Shown here in pieces: positions 55,657-64,000 of a DNA stretch of 64,000 bases; within the stretch, counting starts at the first letter, position 1, and each line of letters opens with the position of its first letter. The notes under the pieces are model-generated. The model saw only the letters and a program-made list of their open reading frames with translations. It was not told the origin of the DNA and ran no database searches. Source of the DNA: a virus (lineage: Duplodnaviria > Caudoviricetes); IMG/VR virus record IMGVR_UViG_3300005805_003857, positions 1-64,000 of that record; one strand, given 5' to 3'. The translations under genes and the position numbers were made by a program.

Positions 55657-56788
55657 ATCCCTATCATCACTCAAATCTAAAATTGAAAAACTATCGATTT
55701 TAGAAGGAAAAGGTCACCTTGACCATCCTGAGGATATGGTGTTTCTTGGTGGCAGTCAGGGTGCTACTCAAGCAATTAATGCTACAGTCGCTACTGCAAA
55801 GAATCCTAAGACAGTTACAATCAAGTGGGACGGTTATCCTGCATTAATATTTGGTCGTGGAACTAATGGCAAGTTCACTATTATGGACAAGCACATGTTC
55901 AACAAGAAAGATCAAACAGGACGCCAGGTATTCAGCCCTCAACAGTTTGTTGAATATGATCGTGCCCGTGGAGTAGATCGTTCAGGGTTGTATCAGATTA
56001 TTGCAGACTTATGGCCTGGACTTGAAAAAGCAGATAACAGTAAAGGTTTTTATTGGGGTGACTTATTGTTCACCCAACCATTACAAGACCAAAACGGCAT
56101 GTACAAGTTTAAAGCGAATCCTAATGGTATCGCATACACAGTAGACTCTGATAGTGAAATAGGTCAGTTGTTCAAGGGTAAGCAATCTGCTATTGTTGTA
56201 CACCAGTTCATTCCTGCATCAGCACAAACTACTGATGAATCAGTACCATTAGACGGTGGTATAGGAGCATTGAAGAATAATAGCAATGTAGCTATTGTTC
56301 CTGCTAAAATGCCTATCACTCCTAAACTAAAAGTAGATGCGGCATTAATCAAAAATGCACAGAGTGCGGTTAGCCAGCATGGAGCCGCAGTTGATAAGTT
56401 AATGAATACTGCACCGCAAGCTGCCAACACATTTCAAACATTATTTACTACATATATCAACAAACGTATTGTTGCAGGTGATTTGAACAATTTAGTCGAT
56501 GGATTCATGGAATACTTTAAAGCACGTCCTATGACTGACGCTATGCGAACTAAGTTGACACAGCACTTAGAAGCAAACAAAGAAGGTCTAGTTGGTGCAT
56601 TTACTATCTGGGTAGCGTTATATCAAATGAAAATGAACTTAGTTGCACAACTAAACAAAGCCGCAGAAGCAAGTCCTGTCAAAGGCTATTTACAAGACGG
56701 TACACAAACCCAAGAGGGTTTTGTTGCTAACGGACTTAAATTTGTAGATAGAATGGGCTTTAGTCGCCAAAATCTAGCCGGAAGATAA
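55643..56788 (+). CDS. DUF6267-like protein with ligase/nucleotidyltransferase-like motifs
   Basis: HLDHPED, IKWDG, WGDLLF, EGFV, LKFVDR. Confidence 0.55.
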   Translation: MSLSESLSSLKSKIEKLSILEGKGHLDHPEDMVFLGGSQGATQAINATVATAKNPKTVTIKWDGYPALIFGRGTNGKFTIMDKHMFNKKDQTGRQVFSPQQFVEYDRARGVDRSGLYQIIADLWPGLEKADNSKGFYWGDLLFTQPLQDQNGMYKFKANPNGIAYTVDSDSEIGQLFKGKQSAIVVHQFIPASAQTTDESVPLDGGIGALKNNSNVAIVPAKMPITPKLKVDAALIKNAQSAVSQHGAAVDKLMNTAPQAANTFQTLFTTYINKRIVAGDLNNLVDGFMEYFKARPMTDAMRTKLTQHLEANKEGLVGAFTIWVALYQMKMNLVAQLNKAAEASPVKGYLQDGTQTQEGFVANGLKFVDRMGFSRQNLAGR

Positions 56789-56870
56789 GCCCAAAACCAA
56801 CATTTTTTGTTGCCAGGCATAAATAATAGTATGAATCTATACGATTCAAACTTTTTAAAGGAATTTTATT

Positions 56871-57293
56871 ATGGCAGGCTTTACAAGAACACACGGCGAT
56901 GCACAACCAGTATTCGCAATGGACGTACAAAACGGTCCAGTAGCACCATCTACTGCGGCTAACGGCACAACTACAAACTTTATCGGTCCAGCAATGGACT
57001 TCTTCGGTTTTGACCTAGGTGCTGCCCCTACAGATCAACTAGGCGTTGACGAGATGGTTGCACAAGTTATGGTTTCAATCGAACAATTAGCTACAGTTAT
57101 GATGTACTCTGTATCAGCTACAGCAAACGTCACAAACATGTCTGTTGCTGTTTATCCAGTTGGCGCATACACAGCGGCTGCACTACAAACACAAGTTCGT
57201 GCTTTAGGTACAGTTAACGGTTATGACCTAAGTGGTGCTACAGTAACAAACGTTGGTTTCCGTCTAGCTTCTACAGCTACAAGCGCAAGCTAA
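56871..57293 (+). CDS. Putative abundant virion protein
   Basis: Own GGCATAAATA promoter, AAGGA SD, own terminator, biased codon use. Confidence 0.5.
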   Translation: MAGFTRTHGDAQPVFAMDVQNGPVAPSTAANGTTTNFIGPAMDFFGFDLGAAPTDQLGVDEMVAQVMVSIEQLATVMMYSVSATANVTNMSVAVYPVGAYTAAALQTQVRALGTVNGYDLSGATVTNVGFRLASTATSAS

Positions 57294-57313
57294 TCAGAAG
57301 TTTAACTTCAAAG

Positions 57314-57343
57314 AAATCCGAGATTTATTCTCGGATTTTTTTT
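57314..57343 (+). terminator. Intrinsic terminator
   Basis: AAATCCGAGA-tttat-TCTCGGATTT plus T run. Confidence 0.85.
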
Positions 57344-57359
57344 GCCTCTAAATACAGAT

Positions 57360-57818
57360 ATGAGTTTTAAAATAAGTTGCTACACATTATTTGATATCAC
57401 CCAAACAGGTGTTATCAATCGTTCCAGACCAGGGGTAGAAGATGACCCTGAGTTATGGCTACACAAAAGAAATACACAGTGCAATTTTGACACAATCGTA
57501 CAAGCAGTATCACTACGTTCACAACCTGAGGATATTACTACACCTAACTTAACAAAGATTAAGTTAAATGATTTTGACAGTTTTGGTTTTCTGTTTGAAG
57601 AAGAAGATATTGAAATCAATTGCTGGATCTTTGATTTTACAGTACAACATGCTAGTGTATACAATGATGGCATAACTGACTTGGGTTCATTGTATTCAGA
57701 TTGCGACCAAGTACCCATGATAAAGACAAATACAGTATGGAACAAATTACCCGAATTTTTGGATAGCTCAGATGAACTTAGAAACATTTATTTTAAGGTG
57801 GTCGAAAATGATGAATGA
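57360..57818 (+). CDS. Hypothetical late protein
   Basis: TAAATA-N5-ATG. Confidence 0.7.
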   Translation: MSFKISCYTLFDITQTGVINRSRPGVEDDPELWLHKRNTQCNFDTIVQAVSLRSQPEDITTPNLTKIKLNDFDSFGFLFEEEDIEINCWIFDFTVQHASVYNDGITDLGSLYSDCDQVPMIKTNTVWNKLPEFLDSSDELRNIYFKVVENDE

Positions 57819-58293
57819 CATTGAATTAGAACGTAGATTCAATAGGATGATTGACTCCAGGGAACTGGACGATTTACAGGATATTTCTATTTTTGAAACA
57901 TCTAAAGATAATTATGTTGTATTTAAAAATTACAATGTCATAAAAAAAACTAAAACAGACGTAGATGTATGTTTAATAAACGGTGATTTGGTTCATTCTT
58001 TTTCTAGTATGAGGAACGCAATTTGTTGGTGTATTTTTGACAAGCGTGGTAAATATGTGTTAGCTAATAGAATCATCACCTTAGATAGAGGTATATCTAA
58101 CGAAGAAGTGCAAATAAACATTCATAATAATTTGTTTAAAAAAGCAAAGAAAACAGACGATAAATTGATATTCCTAGCTAAATTAAACGAAGATAAGTTT
58201 AGACGAAGCTCAATGTATCGTGAATTAGAGAGTTATGTAGGAGAATCTGACTACTGGCAACAGCATCAGTTCAGATTAAAAACCACACATTAA
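57808..58293 (+). CDS. Hypothetical protein
   Basis: ORF, start adjusted. Confidence 0.7.
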   Translation: MMNDIELERRFNRMIDSRELDDLQDISIFETSKDNYVVFKNYNVIKKTKTDVDVCLINGDLVHSFSSMRNAICWCIFDKRGKYVLANRIITLDRGISNEEVQINIHNNLFKKAKKTDDKLIFLAKLNEDKFRRSSMYRELESYVGESDYWQQHQFRLKTTH

Positions 58294-58339
58294 AGCCAAA
58301 AGTGATAAATACTTTATATTAGTCTTGGGACCCACAATT

Positions 58340-59056
58340 ATGAAATTAACAGATTTTGACAAACAACCAGTATACAGTGCTCAAAGAGCATTGAAAGAAC
58401 ACTATGGTACATCCATTGATGTTAGCAGAATGTCTTATGCACAAGTCCGCACTATGCTAAGTAAAGTTCGCGGTTTGATGAGTGAATCAAAAGCATCAAA
58501 TAAATTTTACGAAAGCACAGGCAACGGTTCATACATGAAACTAGTTTTCATGGAACAAGCATTGAGCAAGCAGTTTGCTTACTTGAGCACACAACGTCCA
58601 CGTATAGTTGTTGAAAACGAAGAAGTAGAAAAGTCACAGACTATTCTAGCCGCACAAGATATGGTTGACTCTATCCAAAAGATGGTTGAGCAAGTCAGCG
58701 ATATGATTGTTAAAGAACTACCTGCATTAGTTGATTCAGTTCAATCTGAAATTGGTGTTAACGAGAGTTCATCATTCAGTCAACAAGCTTCAGAAGCATT
58801 GACTTCATTGCAAGCCGCATTGACTCAAAGCCAAACTACAATGAAGTCTGCTGTTAACGGTATCACTGGTCAAGGTGATATGGGTGCATTTGACGCAGGT
58901 AGTGACGTTTCTGCTGATATTGGTGGTGATTTAGGTGGTGAGGAAGATTTCGGCATGGATGCTACTGAAGAACTACCGGACGGTGGTGAAGAAGATATCG
59001 ATGTAGACATTGAAGAACCAGAAGATTTGGGTTCTGTTGGCCGCGCCAAGAGATAA
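58340..59056 (+). CDS. Putative prohead core/scaffold-like protein
   Basis: Coiled-coil, very acidic C-terminus, basic tail GRAKR, late promoter upstream. Confidence 0.45.
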   Translation: MKLTDFDKQPVYSAQRALKEHYGTSIDVSRMSYAQVRTMLSKVRGLMSESKASNKFYESTGNGSYMKLVFMEQALSKQFAYLSTQRPRIVVENEEVEKSQTILAAQDMVDSIQKMVEQVSDMIVKELPALVDSVQSEIGVNESSSFSQQASEALTSLQAALTQSQTTMKSAVNGITGQGDMGAFDAGSDVSADIGGDLGGEEDFGMDATEELPDGGEEDIDVDIEEPEDLGSVGRAKR

Positions 59057-59057
59057 T

Positions 59058-59378
59058 ATGAGACTCTTTGAGTTTGATACTAGTCCACTATTAGTTGGCT
59101 TGGTTGCAACGACCAGCCAACTAGTGAGTGAAATTGATTCTGGTAAAGTTAAACCAGATTGGACGGTTCCAGAACTCTTGCAATACTACAGAGATAATGA
59201 TATCATTATTGATAAGTCAGATTTGTACAACATGATTAAAAACCCTCCTTTGAACAAATACATTACCAACATACAAGCTGATAATGTAGTGTTTAAGGGT
59301 CAGACAGAAGGTGGGGAACAAGCTCCTGATGAAAATAAAAAAGTTGTACAACAAATGGCTAAGCAAGCAATGAAATGA
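59058..59378 (+). CDS. Hypothetical late protein
   Basis: N-terminus MRLFEF. Confidence 0.65.
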   Translation: MRLFEFDTSPLLVGLVATTSQLVSEIDSGKVKPDWTVPELLQYYRDNDIIIDKSDLYNMIKNPPLNKYITNIQADNVVFKGQTEGGEQAPDENKKVVQQMAKQAMK

Positions 59379-59695
59379 TAACACTAACAACAAAAGCAAG
59401 TAGCAAAGTACAACAGCAAATTCAAAAACGAGGCAAAGGTCTGGGGATTCGCATAGGTGTAAAAACTACGGGTTGCTCGGGCTTAGCCTATGTACTAGAG
59501 TTTGTTGACGCACCTATCGAAGGTGATATCAAAGTTGATTGTGAAGGTAGTGTATTATTTGTAGATCCAAAAAGTAGTGCATATGTTCAGGGATTAGAAA
59601 TTGATTTTGTCCGCAATGGACTGAATGAGGGTTTTGAATTTAAGAATCCCAATGAGCGTGACCGTTGTGGTTGCGGCGAGAGTTTCCGAATATAG
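59375..59695 (+). CDS. iscA: A-type Fe-S cluster carrier (IscA/HesB)
   Basis: GIRIGVKTTGCSGLAY, CGCGESF. Confidence 0.93.
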   Translation: MITLTTKASSKVQQQIQKRGKGLGIRIGVKTTGCSGLAYVLEFVDAPIEGDIKVDCEGSVLFVDPKSSAYVQGLEIDFVRNGLNEGFEFKNPNERDRCGCGESFRI

Positions 59696-59724
59696 TTGAC
59701 AATCGTACTATAATCAACTATAAT
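59696..59724 (+). promoter_or_regulatory. Sigma70 promoter with triple TATAAT and inverted repeat
   Basis: TTGACA-17-TATAAT; TATAAT at 59709, 59719, 59729; TATAGTTGA-N14-TCAACTATA. Confidence 0.75.
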
Positions 59725-59732
59725 TGACTATA

Positions 59733-60419
59733 ATGTACAATCCCACAAAATTCAATTATGTTCCCATGAGCCGTGTAGAGATAGACGGCAAACGCCGTTA
59801 TGCTACACCTGATGGTGAGAAACTACCCAGTGTCACTACGATACTAGACTTTACCAAGTCAGAAGAATCAAAACAAGCATTACAAAACTGGCGCAAGCGT
59901 GTTGGTGTTCAAAAAGCGCAAGAGATTACTACAGAAGCCGCAGGTCGTGGCACACGAATGCACAAGTGGCTAGAAGATTACATTAAGACTGGTGTACTCA
60001 ATGAGCCCGGAAGCAATCCATATAGCATCCAAAGCCATAAAATGGCCCAGAACATTATCTATCAAGGTCTTAGCAAGTGTAATGAATACTGGGGCACAGA
60101 AGTTCCTTTGTATTTTCCAAAGATTTACGCAGGGACGACGGACTTAGTAGGAATACATGATAGCGATGAAGCTATCATGGATCACAAACAAACAAATAAG
60201 CCTAAAAAGCGTGAGTGGATCGATGATTACTTTGTTCAGTTAGCGGCTTATGCTAATGCACATAATGAATTACACGGAACAAAGATACGCAAAGGTGTCA
60301 TTTTTATGTGTTCTGCTGATAATCTATATCAGGAATTCATCTTAGAAGGCTCTGAATTCGACAAGTATACTGATATGTGGTTCAAAAGAGTCGAACAGTA
60401 CTATACACAGTTCCTATAA
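59733..60419 (+). CDS. PD-(D/E)XK exonuclease
   Basis: LPSVTTIL, RGTRMH, YAGTTD, IMDHK, QLAAY. Confidence 0.85.
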   Translation: MYNPTKFNYVPMSRVEIDGKRRYATPDGEKLPSVTTILDFTKSEESKQALQNWRKRVGVQKAQEITTEAAGRGTRMHKWLEDYIKTGVLNEPGSNPYSIQSHKMAQNIIYQGLSKCNEYWGTEVPLYFPKIYAGTTDLVGIHDSDEAIMDHKQTNKPKKREWIDDYFVQLAAYANAHNELHGTKIRKGVIFMCSADNLYQEFILEGSEFDKYTDMWFKRVEQYYTQFL

Positions 60420-60462
60420 CAAAAATTGATAAATAAATGTAAATCTGTAAAGAATTACACTT

Positions 60463-61158
60463 ATGGTCATATATAAAACAATCAATCAAATTAATGGTAA
60501 ATGGTACATTGGTAAAGACGCCAGCAACCGCTCTTACTATCTAGGATCAGGAAAAGCATTAAGAAATGCTTTGAAAAAGTACGGGAAACAAAACTTTATA
60601 AAAGTTATCCTCGAAGAATGCACTGATCTTATCCATCTATCTATCCGTGAAAAACACTGGATAAGCATTACCTCGGCTACCACTAATTCTATGAGTTACA
60701 ATATTGCACCAGGCGGTGAAGGTGGTAATCGCAATGGCTTCATTGATTATACAAAAATAGATTATAGTAATCATAAAATGACTGGTGCTATTAATTGGTT
60801 CAACTCACTTAATGAAACCGAGAAAAAAGAATTTCATGCTACACAGGCTTTAACAAGATGTAAAGGCTGGTATGTTAGTACAGTGGATGACCCCACGGAG
60901 ACGTATGTGCTTAATATTGCTCAGTGGTGTAAAGATAATAACGTAGACCCTTCAACAGTTTCAAACTTGACGAATCCTAGTCATGTATTATTTCAAAAAC
61001 AAGTTAAAGGATGGAGATTTAGAAAAGAAGGACAGGCCCGATTATCCAAATATGTGAATAAACAAAAAATTGGTCATCCCAATGTAGCGTGTAAGGGTAA
61101 ATCATGGAAAATTGTCAATGGTATACGAGTTTGGTTTAATAAGGAGACTGTACTATGA
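60463..61158 (+). CDS. GIY-YIG (Seg-like) homing endonuclease
   Basis: VIYKTINQINGKWYIGKD...YLGSG...KYGKQNF...E...YN...GG. Confidence 0.88.
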   Translation: MVIYKTINQINGKWYIGKDASNRSYYLGSGKALRNALKKYGKQNFIKVILEECTDLIHLSIREKHWISITSATTNSMSYNIAPGGEGGNRNGFIDYTKIDYSNHKMTGAINWFNSLNETEKKEFHATQALTRCKGWYVSTVDDPTETYVLNIAQWCKDNNVDPSTVSNLTNPSHVLFQKQVKGWRFRKEGQARLSKYVNKQKIGHPNVACKGKSWKIVNGIRVWFNKETVL

Positions 61159-63530
61159 GTATTATCCAGATCAGTAAGATACAACAACGTTCTGGTAATC
61201 TAGTAGACCTACCACAACTTGACGAAGCGCAATTCGGCTGGGCATCAGATGCCAAACGACTGTTCATCGGTAAGACTACTCCCAATGAAAACATTGAAGT
61301 ATTAACTTCTTATTCTAACATTAGTTTTAGCCAAATTGATGGATCGGACGGGGGCAATTTTAATATTGCAAATGCTACGAACGGTCAAGTGTTGACATAT
61401 GTTGATACAACCAACACATGGGAAAACTGGCCTAGTACTACTATTCTCACTGCTAATGCTAACTTCAAACTTGATTTAGGCGATGTTGGCAATATCAAAA
61501 TGGATGGCGGGGCAACCGGCTACATTTTAGAAACCGATGGTGTAGGCAATGTAGCTTGGACTAGCAAAGGTACATTAAGAACTGTAATTACAGCCTTATC
61601 AAATGCTACCCCGGTAATTATGACAGTAGCAAATACCACTCCATATACTAATGGTTTGCCAGTTACTATTAGCGGCGCTAATGCTGCCAATGCAAATACA
61701 ATTGTCAATGGTCAAACTTTTTATGTAAAAGTTGCAGTTGATTTCCCTACATCAGGAAATGCCGAATTATATACGACTCAGGATTTAGCAAATGCAAATG
61801 CTGTAGTAGGTACAAATTTAGGTACATATACTGCCAACTCAGGGATCGCTACTGCACTTATTAGCGGTAGTGGCATATCTAATGCAGGTGGTTCTGTAAA
61901 TACAATTCAATTTAATAATTCTGGTGTATTAAATGGTTCTGCTAATTTTACAATAACAAGCGGTAACCTTGTTACATTAACAGGTAACTTTAGTGCAAGC
62001 AATATAGCAGGTGGAAATTTAGTAACTGCTAATTTTATAACGGGAAGATTAACAACAGCCGCACAACCTAACATTACAAGTACTGGTACTCTTGCGGGCT
62101 TAGTTGTTGCAGGTAATATTACTCCTAGTGCAAACATAACATATAATTTAGGTAATAACACAAATCGTTTTAATGATTTGTACCTGTCTAATAGTACAAT
62201 ATACATTGGTGCTCAAACAATTAGTGCTAACACCTCATCAGTTATTGTATCAGGAAATCTTGTTGCTAATATGATAGGAAATGTTTCTGGAAATGCAACA
62301 ACAGCAGGTACCGTAATAACTGCGGCACAGCCAAACATTACAAGTACAGGTACACTTGTATCACTATCTGTATCAGGGAATGCAAATATTGGCAACATTG
62401 GTACAGCTGGGTTAATTACAGCAACAGGTAATATCGGTGGCGGCAACATTAACACTGGTGGGTTGATTACAGCAACAGGTAACATCACTGGTGCAAACAT
62501 TATTACTGGTGGGTTGATTACAGCAACAGGTAACATCACTGGTGCAAACATTATTACTGGTGGTTTAATTACAGCTACTGGTAATGCTAATGTAGGTAAT
62601 TTAGGTACAGGTGGATTAATTACAGCAACAGGTAACATCACTGGTGCAAACATTATTACTGGTGGTTTAATTACAGCTACTGGAAACTTAAATGCAGGTA
62701 ACATTATTACCGCTGGTGTAGTAAGTGCGACAGGCAATGGTACATTTGGTAATGTGTCTGTTACAGGTATATTTGCATCAACATTGAGTGCAACAGCTAA
62801 CGCAAACGTAGGTAACTTGGGTACAGCAGGATTAATTGTTGCAACAGGTAATATCACCGGTGGCAACTTAACAACTAGTGGCGTAGTATCTGCTACATTG
62901 TATGTGGGCTCAGGTGCAAACTTAACCAACATTGCCGGCGCTAATGTAAGTGGTGAAGTTACATTTGCAACAACTGCAAACGCAGTGGCAGGCGCTAATG
63001 TGTCAGGCACCGTAACACAAGCAACAACTGTGATGGGTGCTACTCAAAATAATATCACTACGTTAGGTGCGTTAACTACATTAAGCACTGGTGCAAATAC
63101 AACATTAGGTAACATCACTGGCAATTGGCAATTGACAACAGGCTCACGCTTAAATGCAACATACGCTGACTTAGCAGAATACTATGAAGCTGACGCTCAG
63201 TTTGAGCCCGGCACAGTATTAGAGTTTGGTGGTGATAAAGAAGTTACATTAGCACAAGACGGAACAGCAAGAGTTGCAGGCGTAGTTTCAACTGATCCAG
63301 CATATGCAATGAATACAAATTGTCCTGGTATTGCAGTAGCAATAGCACTGCAAGGTCGTGTGCCAACTAAGGTACGTGGTACAGTGCGTAAGGGAGACAT
63401 GATGGTTAGTGCAGGCAACGGCTATGCAAGACCGTGGAACAACCCACAAATGGGAACAGTTATCGGCAAAGCACTAGAAAACTTTGACGGAATCGAAGGC
63501 GTAATTGAAGTCGCCGTTGGAAGATTATAA
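61155..63530 (+). CDS. Tail fibre/virion protein with G/A/N/T repeats and C-terminal ADLAE domain
   Basis: N-terminal IQQRSG..DLPQLDEAQFGW; repeats; YADLAEYY...GVVST.PAY...GRVP. Confidence 0.7.
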   Translation: MSIIQISKIQQRSGNLVDLPQLDEAQFGWASDAKRLFIGKTTPNENIEVLTSYSNISFSQIDGSDGGNFNIANATNGQVLTYVDTTNTWENWPSTTILTANANFKLDLGDVGNIKMDGGATGYILETDGVGNVAWTSKGTLRTVITALSNATPVIMTVANTTPYTNGLPVTISGANAANANTIVNGQTFYVKVAVDFPTSGNAELYTTQDLANANAVVGTNLGTYTANSGIATALISGSGISNAGGSVNTIQFNNSGVLNGSANFTITSGNLVTLTGNFSASNIAGGNLVTANFITGRLTTAAQPNITSTGTLAGLVVAGNITPSANITYNLGNNTNRFNDLYLSNSTIYIGAQTISANTSSVIVSGNLVANMIGNVSGNATTAGTVITAAQPNITSTGTLVSLSVSGNANIGNIGTAGLITATGNIGGGNINTGGLITATGNITGANIITGGLITATGNITGANIITGGLITATGNANVGNLGTGGLITATGNITGANIITGGLITATGNLNAGNIITAGVVSATGNGTFGNVSVTGIFASTLSATANANVGNLGTAGLIVATGNITGGNLTTSGVVSATLYVGSGANLTNIAGANVSGEVTFATTANAVAGANVSGTVTQATTVMGATQNNITTLGALTTLSTGANTTLGNITGNWQLTTGSRLNATYADLAEYYEADAQFEPGTVLEFGGDKEVTLAQDGTARVAGVVSTDPAYAMNTNCPGIAVAIALQGRVPTKVRGTVRKGDMMVSAGNGYARPWNNPQMGTVIGKALENFDGIEGVIEVAVGRL
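62406..62880 (+). repeat. ~8 copies of a 17-aa (51-nt) unit GGLITATGNITGANIIT
   Basis: Direct nucleotide repeats ggt ggg/tta att aca gca aca ggt aac atc act ggt gca aac att att act. Confidence 0.9.
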
Positions 63531-63543
63531 TTAGGAAAACAAA

Positions 63544-64000
63544 ATGGCATCATACGTATATACAGGTAATGCAGTATCACAGCAATCAGCTAATATTGCT
63601 ACGGACAAGATTAGAATAGCAACTACTGGTGTAGCTATACACGCTGTAACAGGTTATCCTAGAGTAGCGGGTACCGGTACAGCAACGGCAGCGACTAACA
63701 GTGCAACAGTTACTGGAGTTGGAACAGTGTTTAATACTCAACTTGAAGTGGGTGGTTGGATAGGCAATACAACTGGAACAACAGTTGGAATCATATCAAG
63801 TATTGCTAACGCTACTAGTTTAACGCTTACTGCTAATGCAGGTGTAGCACTATCAAATGTTGCATACACTTATAATAATGCAGGTGTTCCTTATGCAATT
63901 GCTACACAAAACTCAGAGATTTATTCTGCACAAGATGTTTTTAATAGCGTATACTGTGGTCAAGGCAATGTGGTAGCATTCATTACTACTGGATCAAATG
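63544..64000 (+). CDS. Putative virion protein (3'-truncated by window edge)
   Basis: AGGA SD; open frame MASYVYTGNAV...; T/G/A-rich. Confidence 0.65.
   Translation, partial: MASYVYTGNAVSQQSANIATDKIRIATTGVAIHAVTGYPRVAGTGTATAATNSATVTGVGTVFNTQLEVGGWIGNTTGTTVGIISSIANATSLTLTANAGVALSNVAYTYNNAGVPYAIATQNSEIYSAQDVFNSVYCGQGNVVAFITTGSN

Noticed and set aside
62213-63010. 265-aa minus-strand ORF, and similar antisense ORFs at 14158, 16137-16984, 17622, 41456 and 61907
   Set aside because: Shadow frames of strongly codon-biased or repetitive + strand genes; no SD, promoter or motifs
61155-63530. Diversity-generating retroelement target or CRISPR-like array in the repeats
   Set aside because: Repeats are in-frame coding units without spacers; no adenine-specific TR/VR pair, reverse transcriptase or cas gene in the window
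1-64000. Stop-codon reassignment or inteins
   Set aside because: Conserved genes (terL, uvsX, helicases, thyA) are full-length under the standard code with no Hint-like insertions seen

Overview
AT-rich 64-kb segment of a large lytic dsDNA tailed phage related to the T4 superfamily. It encodes terminase, gp32-like SSB, UvsX/UvsY/UvsW, primase, helicase, baseplate- and fibre-like proteins, and spanins that imply a Gram-negative host. Genes use the standard code and are densely packed, mostly on the + strand. Layout: (1) 1-13.8 kb, a cofactor-heavy modification island (four twitch/SPASM radical SAM enzymes, a B12-radical SAM/methyltransferase fusion, an SGNH-like protein, a carbamoyltransferase and a 1167-aa repeat/glycosyltransferase-like protein); (2) 14.5-15.1 kb, a circularly permuted two-piece tmRNA whose intervening segment encodes a 64-aa protein; (3) early-gene blocks at 15-20 kb and 40-43.4 kb driven by a repeated TTGACAATAAAT-type sigma70 promoter cassette; (4) thyA, sugar-modifying enzymes, spanins and virion genes; (5) packaging, recombination and replication genes; (6) head-associated and tail-fibre genes. 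Five free-standing homing-type endonucleases are present. Three of them (one HNH and two dissimilar GIY-YIG proteins) sit behind the same conserved ~70-nt structured leader (late promoter, helix with a variable covarying hairpin, and an RBS/start-sequestering stem). This leader and the ORF-carrying permuted tmRNA are the strongest candidates for undescribed biology. All assignments come from motif recognition by eye; no database searches were run.
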